Below are positions 18,628-27,821 of a stretch of 64,000 nt of DNA, in pieces. The translations under genes and the position numbers were made by a program. Under the pieces are notes generated by a model. It worked only from the letters and a program-made list of their open reading frames with translations, was not told the DNA's origin and made no database searches. Numbering within the stretch: the first letter of the stretch is position 1; each line of letters starts with the position of its first letter. Source of the DNA: a virus (lineage: Duplodnaviria; Caudoviricetes); IMG/VR virus record IMGVR_UViG_2896164284_000005, positions 1 to 64,000 of that record, one strand, 5' to 3'.

Positions 18628-19362
18628 CTATGCTACGGATTGCATATAAGCAATTCGTTCTTCATCTGTTTTACATTCGCTAAGTGATGTAGGTTTTGTT
18701 GCAGACGAACCACCTGCACCACCGCCACCACCGCTTGAGCCAGAGCCTTTTAGAATAGAGTTTTTGTTAGGGTAAGCATCCACTAAAGCCTCTAACGCCT
18801 CTTCAAAATCCGCACGTTGCCCCGGTTTTACTCGACTGAAAATTTCATTGCCAAACGTATCTTTTGCCAAAATTGCACCGTTTTCATCAATGCTAAAGTG
18901 TTTACCAAAGAACGCTTGAGCGACATCAACAGGCATTGCCAGTTTCTCCGTGACAAACTTAGAGCGAGCAAACGAACCGCCGATCAACTCAGTATGCAAT
19001 TGACCTTGCACTTTCTCTGCTAACGCTTTGGCGTCTGCCAGTTTTTGCTCATAGCCCTTAATCACTTCTTGTTTAACCTTTTCCGCTTCACCTGCATCAA
19101 TCAGTTTTTTAGCATCAAGATTTTCCACCGTTTTTAAGGCCTCTTTTGCTTTTGCAACATCATCAATCCCGTCAAACTTTTTGAGTTCCGCTTCCGCTTT
19201 CTCTTTAGCCTCACGGTGTTGCTTGTTTTCAGCATTGAGCGAAGAAATTTTTTGCATTGCTTGCGGTGCATCAAAAGGGATTTCCTTCCCGTCATCGTGG
19301 ATATACACAGGTTTGCCATCTACAACCACAACATTGCCGTTTTCATCGAGTTTTAATTTCAT
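18628..19362 (-). CDS. Capsid scaffolding protein
   Basis: Coiled-coil with Gly/Ser-rich tail; upstream of capsid gene. Confidence 0.8.
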   Translation of the reverse strand: MKLKLDENGNVVVVDGKPVYIHDDGKEIPFDAPQAMQKISSLNAENKQHREAKEKAEAELKKFDGIDDVAKAKEALKTVENLDAKKLIDAGEAEKVKQEVIKGYEQKLADAKALAEKVQGQLHTELIGGSFARSKFVTEKLAMPVDVAQAFFGKHFSIDENGAILAKDTFGNEIFSRVKPGQRADFEEALEALVDAYPNKNSILKGSGSSGGGGGAGGSSATKPTSLSECKTDEERIAYMQSVA

Positions 19363-19484
19363 TTGGATTTCCTTCCTAAGTGAGTTTGTGTTTCTTCCGA
19401 AACGTGGATAATAAAAAACCGCTTACACATTGCTGTATAAGCGGTTTGGTTGAAATTTAGGTATAAAAAAACCTAGCACTTAGG

Positions 19485-19907
19485 CTAGGTTAGTAGAAAT
19501 AGTTTAGCTTGCTGATATTTCTGCTGTCTTACAAGATCTTTTTCAGTGACTTTTGCTAGACGGCTTAGATCCATGTTATGAGTTAAATCAGCTATCTTGA
19601 CCTTTCTGGCAATCTCGTTAGATTTTACCCTTAAGAGATAGTCTTGGTAACTTTCCCCTTGTCTCTTGGTAATAGCATTAACCGAATCAGCAATCACGCT
19701 ACCAAATAGTTCTGAAATATCATTGAGTGATACTTCTGTATCTTCGACACTATCGTGTAACCACGCTGTTGCAATTACATCATCATTTTCGTTAGCGAGT
19801 AAACCTGCTACAAACGCTAAATGATTGACATAAGGTTGTCCTGCTTTATCTTGTTGATTAGCGTGAATGTGTTGAGCAAACTGTTTTGCTTTAGAAATTA
19901 GCATCAA
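19485..19907 (-). CDS. HD-domain small alarmone hydrolase-like (Mesh1/SpoT-HD)
   Basis: PYVNH, LHDSVEDT, VKIADLTHN motifs. Confidence 0.85.
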   Translation of the reverse strand: MMLISKAKQFAQHIHANQQDKAGQPYVNHLAFVAGLLANENDDVIATAWLHDSVEDTEVSLNDISELFGSVIADSVNAITKRQGESYQDYLLRVKSNEIARKVKIADLTHNMDLSRLAKVTEKDLVRQQKYQQAKLFLLT

Positions 19908-19948
19908 TGTACCTTAGTTTTGTTTTATTTTGACTAATAAATATTTAA

Positions 19949-20152
19949 TTACTGACCTTTCAAATCTCGTACAAGAATCTCATTTTCTGCATCAAAAATA
20001 GCTTTCTGTTCAGGCGTTAGTTTATGCGGATAATCCTGCCAAAAGTTAAATTCAGTGAATTTATCGAATGAAAAAACCAATTCACCAATTTTTTCATCGT
20101 CATCTTTCCACCAAACTTGATCTTTTTTATGATTTTTATACCAAGAGATCAT
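19949..20152 (-). CDS. Small protein, candidate immunity for MuF C-terminal domain
   Basis: ATGA overlap with muF stop; 67 aa. Confidence 0.65.
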   Translation of the reverse strand: MISWYKNHKKDQVWWKDDDEKIGELVFSFDKFTEFNFWQDYPHKLTPEQKAIFDAENEILVRDLKGQ

Positions 20153-23025
20153 TTTTCTCCCCCTAAAACACCTTTTTTCTGCTTATCCTCAGCAGTATTT
20201 AAATACCCTAACACTTCTTTTAGATCTTGTTTCGCTGATTTAAAGCTATCAACCTCAGCTAATTGTATTTTCCTTTTCAAACTATGCTTTTCAGGATTTA
20301 ACCGACAGCCAAATCGTTTATTTAAAGTCTTAATTAAAGAGCCATATTTATTAAAAGACATCCAACCATTTTTATCTTTTGATTGCAACTCAAGGTATTC
20401 TAAACCACTATCGCTAAGCCGTACAATAGCTGCATGCTTACCGGCTCCTAAATAATACTCCTTACCTAATACCAACTCAGAGTTAAGAATATCAGCTGTA
20501 CCTTTAGCCTCTCTTAATACTTCAAACTCTTTTGCTATCACACCCTTTGCTGAAAATAACGTTCTTACATTACGCTTATAACTGAAAAAGTCACAGCTCT
20601 TACCACCACGATAATCCGTAACATCAAGTCCAATTCTATTACCAATATAAGATAAAGCTAAAGACGCACAAGATCCTTTTGTTTCATCACCACCAGCTAA
20701 CTTAGCAATAATATCATCACTAGATAACTGACTTGAAAGCATTTTGACTGGTCTGTATTCGATATTGTAAGCCTTTAAGTCATCAAGCAATTCAATTGTT
20801 GTTTGGTTCAATGACTGCTCTGTATCTAAAAGACCATTCTCCAATTTTACGCTTAATTGCTTTAACGTCAAAGGTCTACCACTCTGATCTAACATATCCG
20901 CAAAAGTAATTACACCTCTACGCCATAAATCCGCCTTACCTTTACCTAAAACCTGATCTTGTTGCTCTGGCGATTTGCTTTTCAACCAATTTTCGTAGTT
21001 AATCTGCTCTGATACAGGGCCATCTTGGCTTGCTCTTGTGCTTGACGGCATTTCTTCCGCATCAATCCCAAGTTCTTTCCAGCTCTTTGTTACAAGCTGC
21101 AAAATACTGCGACAATTATGTGTTATAATGCCATTAGCAATATACCAGCCATCCTTTGTATCGAGATTGTAAACATGCCCACTGAAATCAATGCTTTTAA
21201 TACTAACAATTTGATCCAATCCTACCAAGCCAAACATTCCTTGGCAGATATTTCTCGCCAATTCAACATCTCTATTTATCGGCTGAAGAAATTGCTCATT
21301 GAAAATGGGATCGATATTCGGCAGAACAAAATCAATATTCCAACTAGTCAAGTGATTTCCATTTACGCTCGTGGAGAAACTATTGATAAAACCGCTCAAA
21401 TTTTCAATGTTAGCCCTGCTGTTATTAAACGGATTTTGAGAGAACAAAGGATCAAAATTCGCAACAAAAGAGAACAGTTGATGTTGGATAATGATATTAT
21501 TTTGTTCAAAAATGGCATTACTAAGAGCGATATTGCAGAGCTTTTCCAACAAGGCATTGGAATCAGAGGTATTACTGAACGTTTCAATTTGTCCATACAA
21601 GCGGTGAAGTACATACTTGCAGAATTCAATTTGAGTCCAAGAAATCGCTCCGAACAGCAATTTGCAAGAATGGCTAGAACGCCCTTTGAAGAACGACAAA
21701 AGTTGGCTGCGAGAGCAAATGAAGTTGCTCGTAATCGCATTGAGCCTAAATCCAAAAAGGAACACACTGCCAAAACTCGTGAGCGCAAAGCTTTGGGGAT
21801 TTCCGAAAATGAAAAATTCATCGCCAATCTGCTCTCCAAACGTGGTATTGAGGTTATCCATCAAAAGGCGATTGGTTGCTATAACTGCGATTTGGCTGTT
21901 TTCCCCGTCGCCGTGGAAATCTTCGGCGGTAATTGGCACTGGACAGGTCGTCATTTGGCGAGATTTGAAGAACGAACTCGCTACTTGCTCAATAGTGGAT
22001 GGCATGTTCTCATCATTCCCGCTAATAATACTTCCCCAATCACGGCTCAAGTCGCAGATTATATTGTCTCCTACATTCAACAAGCCAGATGCAACCCAAC
22101 CGCCCCCCGTGAGTATAGGGTGGTTTGGCGTGCAGGTGAGTTTGAAACCTTTGGAACTCTCAATGACGAGCATTTTTCCATTGAACCACCGTTTACTAAC
22201 ACCAGAGATGAGATTACGGGACAGTACAAGACTATCGCCAGATAAACAACGTGGGTGTAAAGGCGGTCGTTGATAAGGAACATCGTGGTCTATCGGCTTT
22301 TTATCCAAATCCCACATTAACCCATCTCTTAATTGACATACCGTTGATGTTCGAGTGTCTAATGTAGAAAGGTGTTTTTCTCCTGCCAAAATATCAAGGT
22401 TTTCATCTCTTAAGGCTTGATGAGCTTTATCTGCCACTTTAGCTACCGCAGTAATTACTAAGGTTTCAGCGTGTCTGCGAGAGGTATTCATCAAATGCTT
22501 AACATCAGTAATTATTTGGCTTGTTTGCTGACCGTCTAGCAACCCTTGGCGAATAATTCCTTCAAACTTAAAGGCAAAATCATTTCCTTGCTTTGCCCAC
22601 CAATCTGCTAAAGGCGAACCTGCAATAATCGTTGCGGTTTTATTCGCTTTTTGCTTATATTCAGGCACCTGATTAAAAAAATCAAAGCCGACTTCATCAT
22701 TGTAAAGCTGATGAATATGTTGGGTTTCCGCCGTAAAAAAACCGCTTAACTCGTCTTGCGTGTAAGCGGTCATTTCTTGATAGACTTTTGCAACTTCTTG
22801 CTTAAGCTCCTTAAGCAGTGTGTCTAATTGCTTTTTAGGTAAAGCATCCACACCTGCAGCCGCTAAACGATTGAGCAACTCACGTTGTGTTTTACTCAGC
22901 TGTTTCATAACCTGCTGTCTAAGATGTGCATCATAACGAAAATGCAGAATTTTGCGATCAGTCAAGGCGTATGCAATACGACTATTCAGGCTTTGTTTCG
23001 GCTTGTCCTGCGAACTCAAGGTCAT
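20149..23025 (-). CDS. MuF (SPP1 gp7-like) minor head protein with intein and C-terminal toxin-like extension
   Basis: STLDTRTSTVC..DG; PPLHPR|CRS split by a Hint domain; C-terminal GSCAS..GKHAA. Confidence 0.9.
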   Translation of the reverse strand: MTLSSQDKPKQSLNSRIAYALTDRKILHFRYDAHLRQQVMKQLSKTQRELLNRLAAAGVDALPKKQLDTLLKELKQEVAKVYQEMTAYTQDELSGFFTAETQHIHQLYNDEVGFDFFNQVPEYKQKANKTATIIAGSPLADWWAKQGNDFAFKFEGIIRQGLLDGQQTSQIITDVKHLMNTSRRHAETLVITAVAKVADKAHQALRDENLDILAGEKHLSTLDTRTSTVCQLRDGLMWDLDKKPIDHDVPYQRPPLHPRCLSGDSLVLSRNLISGVSKRWFNGKMLVIESSKGFKLTCTPNHPILTGGGWVASGLLNVGDNIICDLSRDWGSIISGNDENMPSTIEQVASSFFKSRQMTTCPVPITAEDFHGDGENSQIAVIATNRLLMDNLNTTFGEQIGDEFFIFGNPQSFALTSFGSVFLFGFRLNAITSNFICSRSQLLSFFKGRSSHSCKLLFGAISWTQIEFCKYVLHRLYGQIETFSNTSDSNALLEKLCNIALSNAIFEQNNIIIQHQLFSFVANFDPLFSQNPFNNSRANIENLSGFINSFSTSVNGNHLTSWNIDFVLPNIDPIFNEQFLQPINRDVELARNICQGMFGLVGLDQIVSIKSIDFSGHVYNLDTKDGWYIANGIITHNCRSILQLVTKSWKELGIDAEEMPSSTRASQDGPVSEQINYENWLKSKSPEQQDQVLGKGKADLWRRGVITFADMLDQSGRPLTLKQLSVKLENGLLDTEQSLNQTTIELLDDLKAYNIEYRPVKMLSSQLSSDDIIAKLAGGDETKGSCASLALSYIGNRIGLDVTDYRGGKSCDFFSYKRNVRTLFSAKGVIAKEFEVLREAKGTADILNSELVLGKEYYLGAGKHAAIVRLSDSGLEYLELQSKDKNGWMSFNKYGSLIKTLNKRFGCRLNPEKHSLKRKIQLAEVDSFKSAKQDLKEVLGYLNTAEDKQKKGVLGGEK
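21121..21129 (+). promoter_or_regulatory. Extended -10 promoter TGTTATAAT for antisense nuclease gene
   Basis: Perfect TGnTATAAT ending 45 nt upstream of ATG 21175. Confidence 0.6.
21175..22245 (+). CDS. Antisense-encoded putative homing endonuclease (3 HTH repeats + Vsr/DUF559-like domain)
   Basis: Repeats I..Y..G.S...I...FN.S...I..IL....I..R; SENE..Q..IG.Y.CD....VEIFGGNWH..R..L...GW.VL; ORF also open from ATG 21118. Confidence 0.85.
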   Translation: MPTEINAFNTNNLIQSYQAKHSLADISRQFNISIYRLKKLLIENGIDIRQNKINIPTSQVISIYARGETIDKTAQIFNVSPAVIKRILREQRIKIRNKREQLMLDNDIILFKNGITKSDIAELFQQGIGIRGITERFNLSIQAVKYILAEFNLSPRNRSEQQFARMARTPFEERQKLAARANEVARNRIEPKSKKEHTAKTRERKALGISENEKFIANLLSKRGIEVIHQKAIGCYNCDLAVFPVAVEIFGGNWHWTGRHLARFEERTRYLLNSGWHVLIIPANNTSPITAQVADYIVSYIQQARCNPTAPREYRVVWRAGEFETFGTLNDEHFSIEPPFTNTRDEITGQYKTIAR

Positions 23026-24379
23026 ATTCTACCCCCTCTTCATTTAAGCGAGCCTGTTCATCTTCCCATTCCACATTATCGCTAATCAGCCCACGGCGTT
23101 TTGCCTCATTAAATACAGTTTGCTTTGAAAGTGTGCCTGCTTGTTGCATTTTAATAACCATATCCATTGAGGCATTTGGATCGAGATCGTCATCAATATT
23201 ACCGCTAATTTCTACCTTACCGACATTATCAATACCCAACCACAACCCAACGTATTCCAAGGCTAAATCTAACGCATCTTCAAATTTATTCGCATACAGT
23301 CGCAATAAACTGATTTCTTTACCTTGCTCTTCTTTGGCTTGACTGTCTGTCATCGCTAACACGGTTTTATCTAAGAGTTTCGCCCCGGCAACACGCATTT
23401 GGCTTTCCAGCTCTTTCAAACTGTCTTGCCCTGCGTTAATCGCATTGCCTGAATGTTCGATATAAGCAATTTGAGAGCCGGCAGGTAAATGCAACGCACT
23501 ACCGCCAACTTGTAACTTATTGACTTCAGTATCGGAGAAAATCCCTAATAACGGCACACGAGCGGTATTTAAAATGTTGTCCTGATCGGATTGTGATTGC
23601 CAATGCTTAACATTCAAATAGGCTAATTCAAGCAACGGCGGTTCACCTAACGCAAACACATTGCTTTCTTTCGTAATAAACGGCACAACAGGCACCACTT
23701 CAAGCGGGCGATTTTGCGCAAGAAGTTGCACATCGTCAATCAGCGTCCATTGTCCCTCTGTCGCTTTATACTTACGCATACGACCGATTTCGTACACATA
23801 AATTATTTTTTCAATCTTCGAACCAAACTCGCCATCATCTACCGCCACTTCTTCCATATAGCGGAACTGCGTGATTTGTCGTTTCCCTTTGATTTTATCC
23901 GTTTTAAATCCCAAAACATTTTTAGGCTTAATCAAAATAAAATAAGGACGAGCATTAACAGCTTTCTCATCGGCAATGGTACGAATATTCTCAGTACGGG
24001 TGTAATCCACTAAGCACCACGCCACGCCATAAGTTAAACCTGCATTAAACCAACGAGAAGAAAACACATCGATATTATTTCCCTCTAAATCCACATCAGG
24101 CAAAATATCTTGCTTTAATTTATCGTGAACGTCATTTGTCGTAATCGGCTCAAAAAAAACTCTACCTGTCATTTGGTAGAGCGTTTCCGATAAAGCAGGA
24201 TAAAGCGTTGAGCGGTTAAGTCTGTTTTTATAAGCCTCTTCTTCCTCAAGACTGAATTGATAAAGGTATTTCTTCCCTGCTTGTCGCATTGTTTTAGTGC
24301 CACCAAGCAAATCATCAATCATCACACCTTTTTCATTCAACGCCCTAATTTCCGGCATAATAATAGCAACATCAGACAT
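22982..24379 (-). CDS. Portal protein (DUF4055-like)
   Basis: GGTKTMR, YKNRL, PPLLELAYLN.KHWQSQSD. Confidence 0.9.
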   Translation of the reverse strand: MSDVAIIMPEIRALNEKGVMIDDLLGGTKTMRQAGKKYLYQFSLEEEEAYKNRLNRSTLYPALSETLYQMTGRVFFEPITTNDVHDKLKQDILPDVDLEGNNIDVFSSRWFNAGLTYGVAWCLVDYTRTENIRTIADEKAVNARPYFILIKPKNVLGFKTDKIKGKRQITQFRYMEEVAVDDGEFGSKIEKIIYVYEIGRMRKYKATEGQWTLIDDVQLLAQNRPLEVVPVVPFITKESNVFALGEPPLLELAYLNVKHWQSQSDQDNILNTARVPLLGIFSDTEVNKLQVGGSALHLPAGSQIAYIEHSGNAINAGQDSLKELESQMRVAGAKLLDKTVLAMTDSQAKEEQGKEISLLRLYANKFEDALDLALEYVGLWLGIDNVGKVEISGNIDDDLDPNASMDMVIKMQQAGTLSKQTVFNEAKRRGLISDNVEWEDEQARLNEEGVEYDLEFAGQAETKPE

Positions 24380-24388
24380 AAATTATCC

Positions 24389-25624
24389 TTAGTAAATTTT
24401 AAGTGGATTTTGGCTAAAATCCCCTTTCCGCTGAATACGAGGATTAAGCGCATACCGCAACGCATCAATATAGTGGTTATGAGCATCAACCAATGTTGGC
24501 AACACATCGCCGGACAAGCGGTCGGTTTTGTAGCTATACAAACGAAATTCGTTCAAGGTTTGCTGACAACGTGGGTGAATGTAGATTTTCTTATAGGATT
24601 TAATATGCGCAATCCCATCTTCAACGCTACCTTTCCATTTTGGCACGCCATCAATACGAGACAAGCCGTGCCGCTTTAAATAGCTAATAGACTCAGGTCT
24701 TGCCGAATCCGCGCGTATTACATACTGCTCAATGCCGGCAATACCTTTCTGCAAAAATGTGGCTGTATCATCAAGCTCTAACCCAACTTTGCCGGCCTCA
24801 TATTCAATATACAATTCATCCTTAAACACCCAGCATTTAATCGCTGCGGTTGGGTCGTGGGCAAAACCGAAATCCAACCCGTGATAAGGACCTTCAAAAT
24901 CAGGCAAAGGCTTAAACTCAAGCTCTTGATATTTTCCTCTAAAGACTTGAGCCTCGCTTTCTTCAAGATAATCCCCCTCCCAAATCCAACGATAAGTCGC
25001 GTCATCTAAACGGGCTTTATCCCTTAAGCGTTCTTTCTCCAACACATCAGGAAACCACGGATTGTCGCTATAATTCATCTCAACAATCGCCATACTTTCG
25101 TCTTGATGTTGTCTAAAGCGTAAATCCGTTGCCGAACCTTTCTTTTCAGGGTTCCACGTTAACCAAATTTCCGAACCGCTTTCACGCACCGTAGGCAGAA
25201 GTTTCCGCCACGCCATTTCGCTCACGCTTTCTGCTTCATCAATCCACGCAAGCAAAATCCGTGCTTTTGATTTAATGCTGTCAAGATTGTGCCGTAAACC
25301 TGTAAAAATATAGGAAATTCGACCGCACTTTGTGCGTACATATTTCTCACCAACCTCAAAGAAATCTGCCAGCCACGCCTCGCTTTGAATGGCTTGCTTA
25401 ATTTCTTCTAATGACGAGTCTTCCAACGAGTTCATAAACTCACGACCACACAAAATGACACCGCTTTCGCCTTGCATTGCCAGTTGATACGCCACAATCG
25501 CCGTCATTTTGGCAAAAGTGCGTGTTTTAGCAGAACCACGACCACCAAAACTGCCACGATAACGCATATTAGGCGTTGCAAATACAGGGATAAGTTTAGG
25601 TGGTATTTCAATCTGTGCTTTCAT
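24389..25624 (-). CDS. terL: Terminase large subunit (PBSX-type)
   Basis: GGRGSAKT Walker A, WIDEAE, TWNP, GLDFG, NHYIDALRYA. Confidence 0.95.
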   Translation of the reverse strand: MKAQIEIPPKLIPVFATPNMRYRGSFGGRGSAKTRTFAKMTAIVAYQLAMQGESGVILCGREFMNSLEDSSLEEIKQAIQSEAWLADFFEVGEKYVRTKCGRISYIFTGLRHNLDSIKSKARILLAWIDEAESVSEMAWRKLLPTVRESGSEIWLTWNPEKKGSATDLRFRQHQDESMAIVEMNYSDNPWFPDVLEKERLRDKARLDDATYRWIWEGDYLEESEAQVFRGKYQELEFKPLPDFEGPYHGLDFGFAHDPTAAIKCWVFKDELYIEYEAGKVGLELDDTATFLQKGIAGIEQYVIRADSARPESISYLKRHGLSRIDGVPKWKGSVEDGIAHIKSYKKIYIHPRCQQTLNEFRLYSYKTDRLSGDVLPTLVDAHNHYIDALRYALNPRIQRKGDFSQNPLKIY

Positions 25625-26105
25625 TTTGATTTACCGTTGGTGCAACTAGCTCAATGATTGTTGGGCGATTGAGTGAGCTGTCTGAATTTGTATGATCAAT
25701 AACTTGCTTATCACGCCATTTATCTGGCTGTCTATTCTTAAGCCAAAAAATAGCCGATGTTGGGTCAGGTGGATAATGCTTAATCAGCGGAGTTTCAACT
25801 ATTTGATTTTCTATTACCCGAATATCAACGTCAGGCGCCTCATAACCCAAAGCTCTTTTGTAAAGTCTATCGGCTACATTTGCATCAGCTAACATTTTTC
25901 CCTTTTTTATGGACTCGCAAAAATCAGAATGTTCTAACTTCCATCGGTTTATTGTTGCTTCATCAACATCAAAAAAATCAGCAATATCTTTATCTGTAGC
26001 ACCCAATAAACATAACTTTTCTACTTGAGTAGTATATTCAGACTTATATTTTGTTGGTCTACCACGACCTTTAGACGTAGATTTAACCTCGTCTTTCTTT
26101 GGCAT
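25608..26105 (-). CDS. terS: Terminase small subunit
   Basis: GRPTKY, HTH, PPDPTSAIFWLKNR. Confidence 0.9.
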   Translation of the reverse strand: MPKKDEVKSTSKGRGRPTKYKSEYTTQVEKLCLLGATDKDIADFFDVDEATINRWKLEHSDFCESIKKGKMLADANVADRLYKRALGYEAPDVDIRVIENQIVETPLIKHYPPDPTSAIFWLKNRQPDKWRDKQVIDHTNSDSSLNRPTIIELVAPTVNQNESTD

Positions 26106-26322
26106 AGTGGTTAATCCTTTTAATTTGTTATATATACATTACATCACTTGTGTATTTTCTCGGGAATTTATTCAACCAATCCCGAAACCATACGCAAATT
26201 ATGTAGCATTTACTTTACATTAAAGAAAACCGCAATGTGCTATGCAGTGACTACGGTCATATTTTTTATGAATTTAAATAAAAAAGGCGACCGTTAAGTC
26301 GCCTAAAACAAAATGCCTACTC

Positions 26323-26592
26323 CTAAGGTTTAATAGGCACTTGGTTTTTATTCTGCCATTCGCGAATATTATCTATTTGACTGGCGCATATATCACGCTC
26401 ACTCGTTACTTTAATCAAGTGTTCAACCACATCCCCATAAGTTGCCCCTGTGAATGCCGTCTTTGTACAAGGTGTTAAATAGGCTTGTGGTGGATAAAGA
26501 TATGCAGTCTTTGTTGTCACCTTACTGGCGCAACTGCTTAATAACGTCGTCAGGCATAACAGTGTTAGCGCATTGATTGTTTTTAAGGACAT
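26323..26592 (-). CDS. o-spanin (Rz1-like lipoprotein)
   Basis: Lipobox LSSC; overlaps 3' end of i-spanin. Confidence 0.8.
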   Translation of the reverse strand: MSLKTINALTLLCLTTLLSSCASKVTTKTAYLYPPQAYLTPCTKTAFTGATYGDVVEHLIKVTSERDICASQIDNIREWQNKNQVPIKP

Positions 26593-26887
26593 ATCGCACT
26601 TTCTCCTGTTTTGTTTCTGCTTGAGATTTATATTGATTAGTAAGTGCAGTTTGTTTTTCTACCGCACTTCTTTCTATAGCAAGATTAGTCTGTAATGTTT
26701 TGTTAACTGTTTCTTGTTCAGTAATGATTTGAGCTTGTGCTTGGTTTTCGGCTTTTAAGCTAGAAATTTCTTGTGATTGAACCCAAATCCAACCACACAA
26801 GCTCAAAATAGATATTGCAAAAGCAATTCGTATATATTTTTCCATATTTGAAATTTTAATTATAAAGTTCAAAATGTGGCCCATCAT
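26522..26887 (-). CDS. i-spanin (Rz-like)
   Basis: N-terminal TM plus coiled coil; start probably ~26845. Confidence 0.8.
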   Translation of the reverse strand: MMGHILNFIIKISNMEKYIRIAFAISILSLCGWIWVQSQEISSLKAENQAQAQIITEQETVNKTLQTNLAIERSAVEKQTALTNQYKSQAETKQEKVRYVLKNNQCANTVMPDDVIKQLRQ

Positions 26888-27338
26888 TAAAAGCTTTCTT
26901 TCCTTGCTTACGACGCTCTATTACATAGTCTGCAACTAAATCAGATGTATCTTTAGTTGTATTATTTAGAACACACCACGCGCCACCCCAACGGATTTTT
27001 ACGTTTAATTCCTTAGCTGCCTTACGTACTGCATCAGCAATAGGATAGAAATAACGCCACTCCCAAGATACTTCGCTTACACCGTTTCCATCAAAGTCAC
27101 CCCAAGGAACAAGATCTACCGCGTGACCATAGCCGTCTTGTTGCTTTAGATGTTTGCTATTAGAAGTCTGACTTGCTCCTTGTTTAATAAGTTGAGCCTG
27201 TCTTTCCTGTGAGCGAAGTCCCTCGTTTACTGCAAAATCTTGTACAGAAATTTCTATTGCGCGCTTAACAACTTTGACTAGATTGGGATGAACTCCATTT
27301 AAACGCTCAATACTTCGTTTGCCTAATTTATATGTCAT
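26856..27338 (-). CDS. Endolysin, M15 (L-Ala-D-Glu) peptidase
   Basis: EGLRS.ERQ, SKH...GHAVD, WGG.W, DGPHFEL. Confidence 0.92.
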   Translation of the reverse strand: MTYKLGKRSIERLNGVHPNLVKVVKRAIEISVQDFAVNEGLRSQERQAQLIKQGASQTSNSKHLKQQDGYGHAVDLVPWGDFDGNGVSEVSWEWRYFYPIADAVRKAAKELNVKIRWGGAWCVLNNTTKDTSDLVADYVIERRKQGKKAFNDGPHFELYN

Positions 27339-27357
27339 AAATATTCACCATTGAACT

Positions 27358-27717
27358 TTATTCATCATTCTTTCCGACAAAATTCACATCGTTCACTTCT
27401 ATTTTTTTACGAATCAAAGCAAATAAAAATTTGCGAATTTCTTCCGCTCCGACGAACCCAAGCAAGCCACCAATAAATGTTGATAAATTCTCAGCCACTC
27501 CAAAGTGTGTTAAGAGAGACATGCACGAGAGCGTAAGCGCACCACAAATCGCACCATCCAACATACGTTGGCGATATGAATTTTTCTTTTGCAGAAACCA
27601 CGCTCTAAGCATAGACATAAAAAAAGCCATCACGAATCCAGTGATGGCATTATAGTTTTGCTGTAGGTACGCCAAAATAACGATCCAAATATCAGGTTGT
27701 TTTCCCGGCATTTTCAT
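27358..27717 (-). CDS. Lambda S-like holin with Met-Lys-Met dual start
   Basis: MKMPGK start; three TM segments; DGAICG, GG..GFVG. Confidence 0.88.
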   Translation of the reverse strand: MKMPGKQPDIWIVILAYLQQNYNAITGFVMAFFMSMLRAWFLQKKNSYRQRMLDGAICGALTLSCMSLLTHFGVAENLSTFIGGLLGFVGAEEIRKFLFALIRKKIEVNDVNFVGKNDE

Positions 27718-27821
27718 AACTCCACCCCTTAGCTGGGGCAATAAAAAAGCTCACCTGTTACAGTGAGCTGTGAGTTCTGTTAAGATAAAGTTTCCACACA
27801 ATAAAATAACAGAGGTTTAAA

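Larger units (their letters stand above)
21115..22248 (-). mobile_element. Intein in MuF (378 aa)
   Basis: Block A CLSGDSLV, block B LTCTPNHPIL, blocks F/G VYNLDT...NGIITHN|C. Confidence 0.92.

Noticed and set aside
20117-20455. Antisense ORF over the MuF C-terminus
   Set aside because: No motifs, unlike the intein antisense ORF; typical shadow.
21396-21839. 147-aa minus-strand ORF in another frame inside the intein
   Set aside because: Shadow-like composition and no start signals.
21662-22273. Third long ORF (203 aa, +) over the MuF intein
   Set aside because: No recognisable motifs or RBS, and it crosses the intein boundary; probably a by-product of the dual-strand constraint.
26110-26320. 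Possible tRNA or cos site between lysis genes and terS
   Set aside because: No cloverleaf or T-loop motif seen; a packaging site cannot be located from sequence alone.
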